The position numbers were made by a program, and so were the translations under genes. A DNA stretch of 56,125 nt, counting the filler, from Stramenopiles sp. TOSAG23-6 (lineage: Eukaryota), in NCBI GenBank assembly GCA_900128565.1. It is 2 parts of 2 records of this genome, joined end to end, with 100 filler letters (N's around TTAATTAATTAA, not from the genome) between each part and the next. Parts side by side here need not be neighbours in the genome. Positions count along the whole stretch, not along the records: positions 28,451 to 56,125 come from LT635979.1; 1 more part is not named here. One strand, 5' to 3'. Position 1 is the stretch's first letter. Each line of letters begins with the position of its first letter. Below the pieces are notes generated by a model. The model did not search any database, was not told the origin of the DNA, and saw nothing but the letters and a program-made list of their open reading frames with translations. Positions 56,067 to 56,125 of the stretch are shown here, piece by piece.

Positions 56067-56125
56067 GTACGTTTTATTTTTTTTTCAATTTTGAATTTAT
56101 TTTCGTACGAAATTTTGTACCTAAC
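56067..56125 (+). other. Partial family intron at window end
   Basis: GTACGTTTT...TTTCGTACGAAATTTTGTACCTAAC. Confidence 0.8.

Noticed and set aside
1-56125. CRISPR or attC/integron interpretation of the dispersed palindromic repeat
   Set aside because: Copies are inside eukaryotic coding sequences, irregularly spaced and gene-oriented; no cas or integrase gene is present.

Overview
AT-rich, gene-dense eukaryotic (protist-like; lineage not determined) nuclear DNA read with the standard genetic code. It consists of two contigs joined by an artificial N44-TTAATTAATTAA-N44 linker at 28351-28450. About 25 protein-coding genes are present, including a RecQ helicase apparently fused to a eukaryotic RNA-dependent RNA polymerase, tandem LRR surface proteins, a carboxylic-acid-reductase-like A-T-R enzyme, WDR1/AIP1, a K2P channel, PUS3, FAH, a CDF Zn transporter, PEX16 and a MABP-DENN protein. 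The main discovery is an intron system: about 23 related elements of roughly 75-180 bp interrupt genes on both strands. Their consensus is GTAYGTTTT...TTTCGTACGAAATTTYGTACCTAAC...GAAATATTTTT..MAATAYAT. Removing them as GT...AT introns restores reading frames and conserved motifs in unrelated proteins. Of the 19 complete copies, 17 end in AT, 1 in AG and 1 in AC. This points to an Introner-like family and a splicing machinery that mainly uses non-AG acceptors. A MITE-like fold-back element, a minisatellite and a segmental duplication are also present. All splice calls are inferred from DNA only; no transcript data were available.
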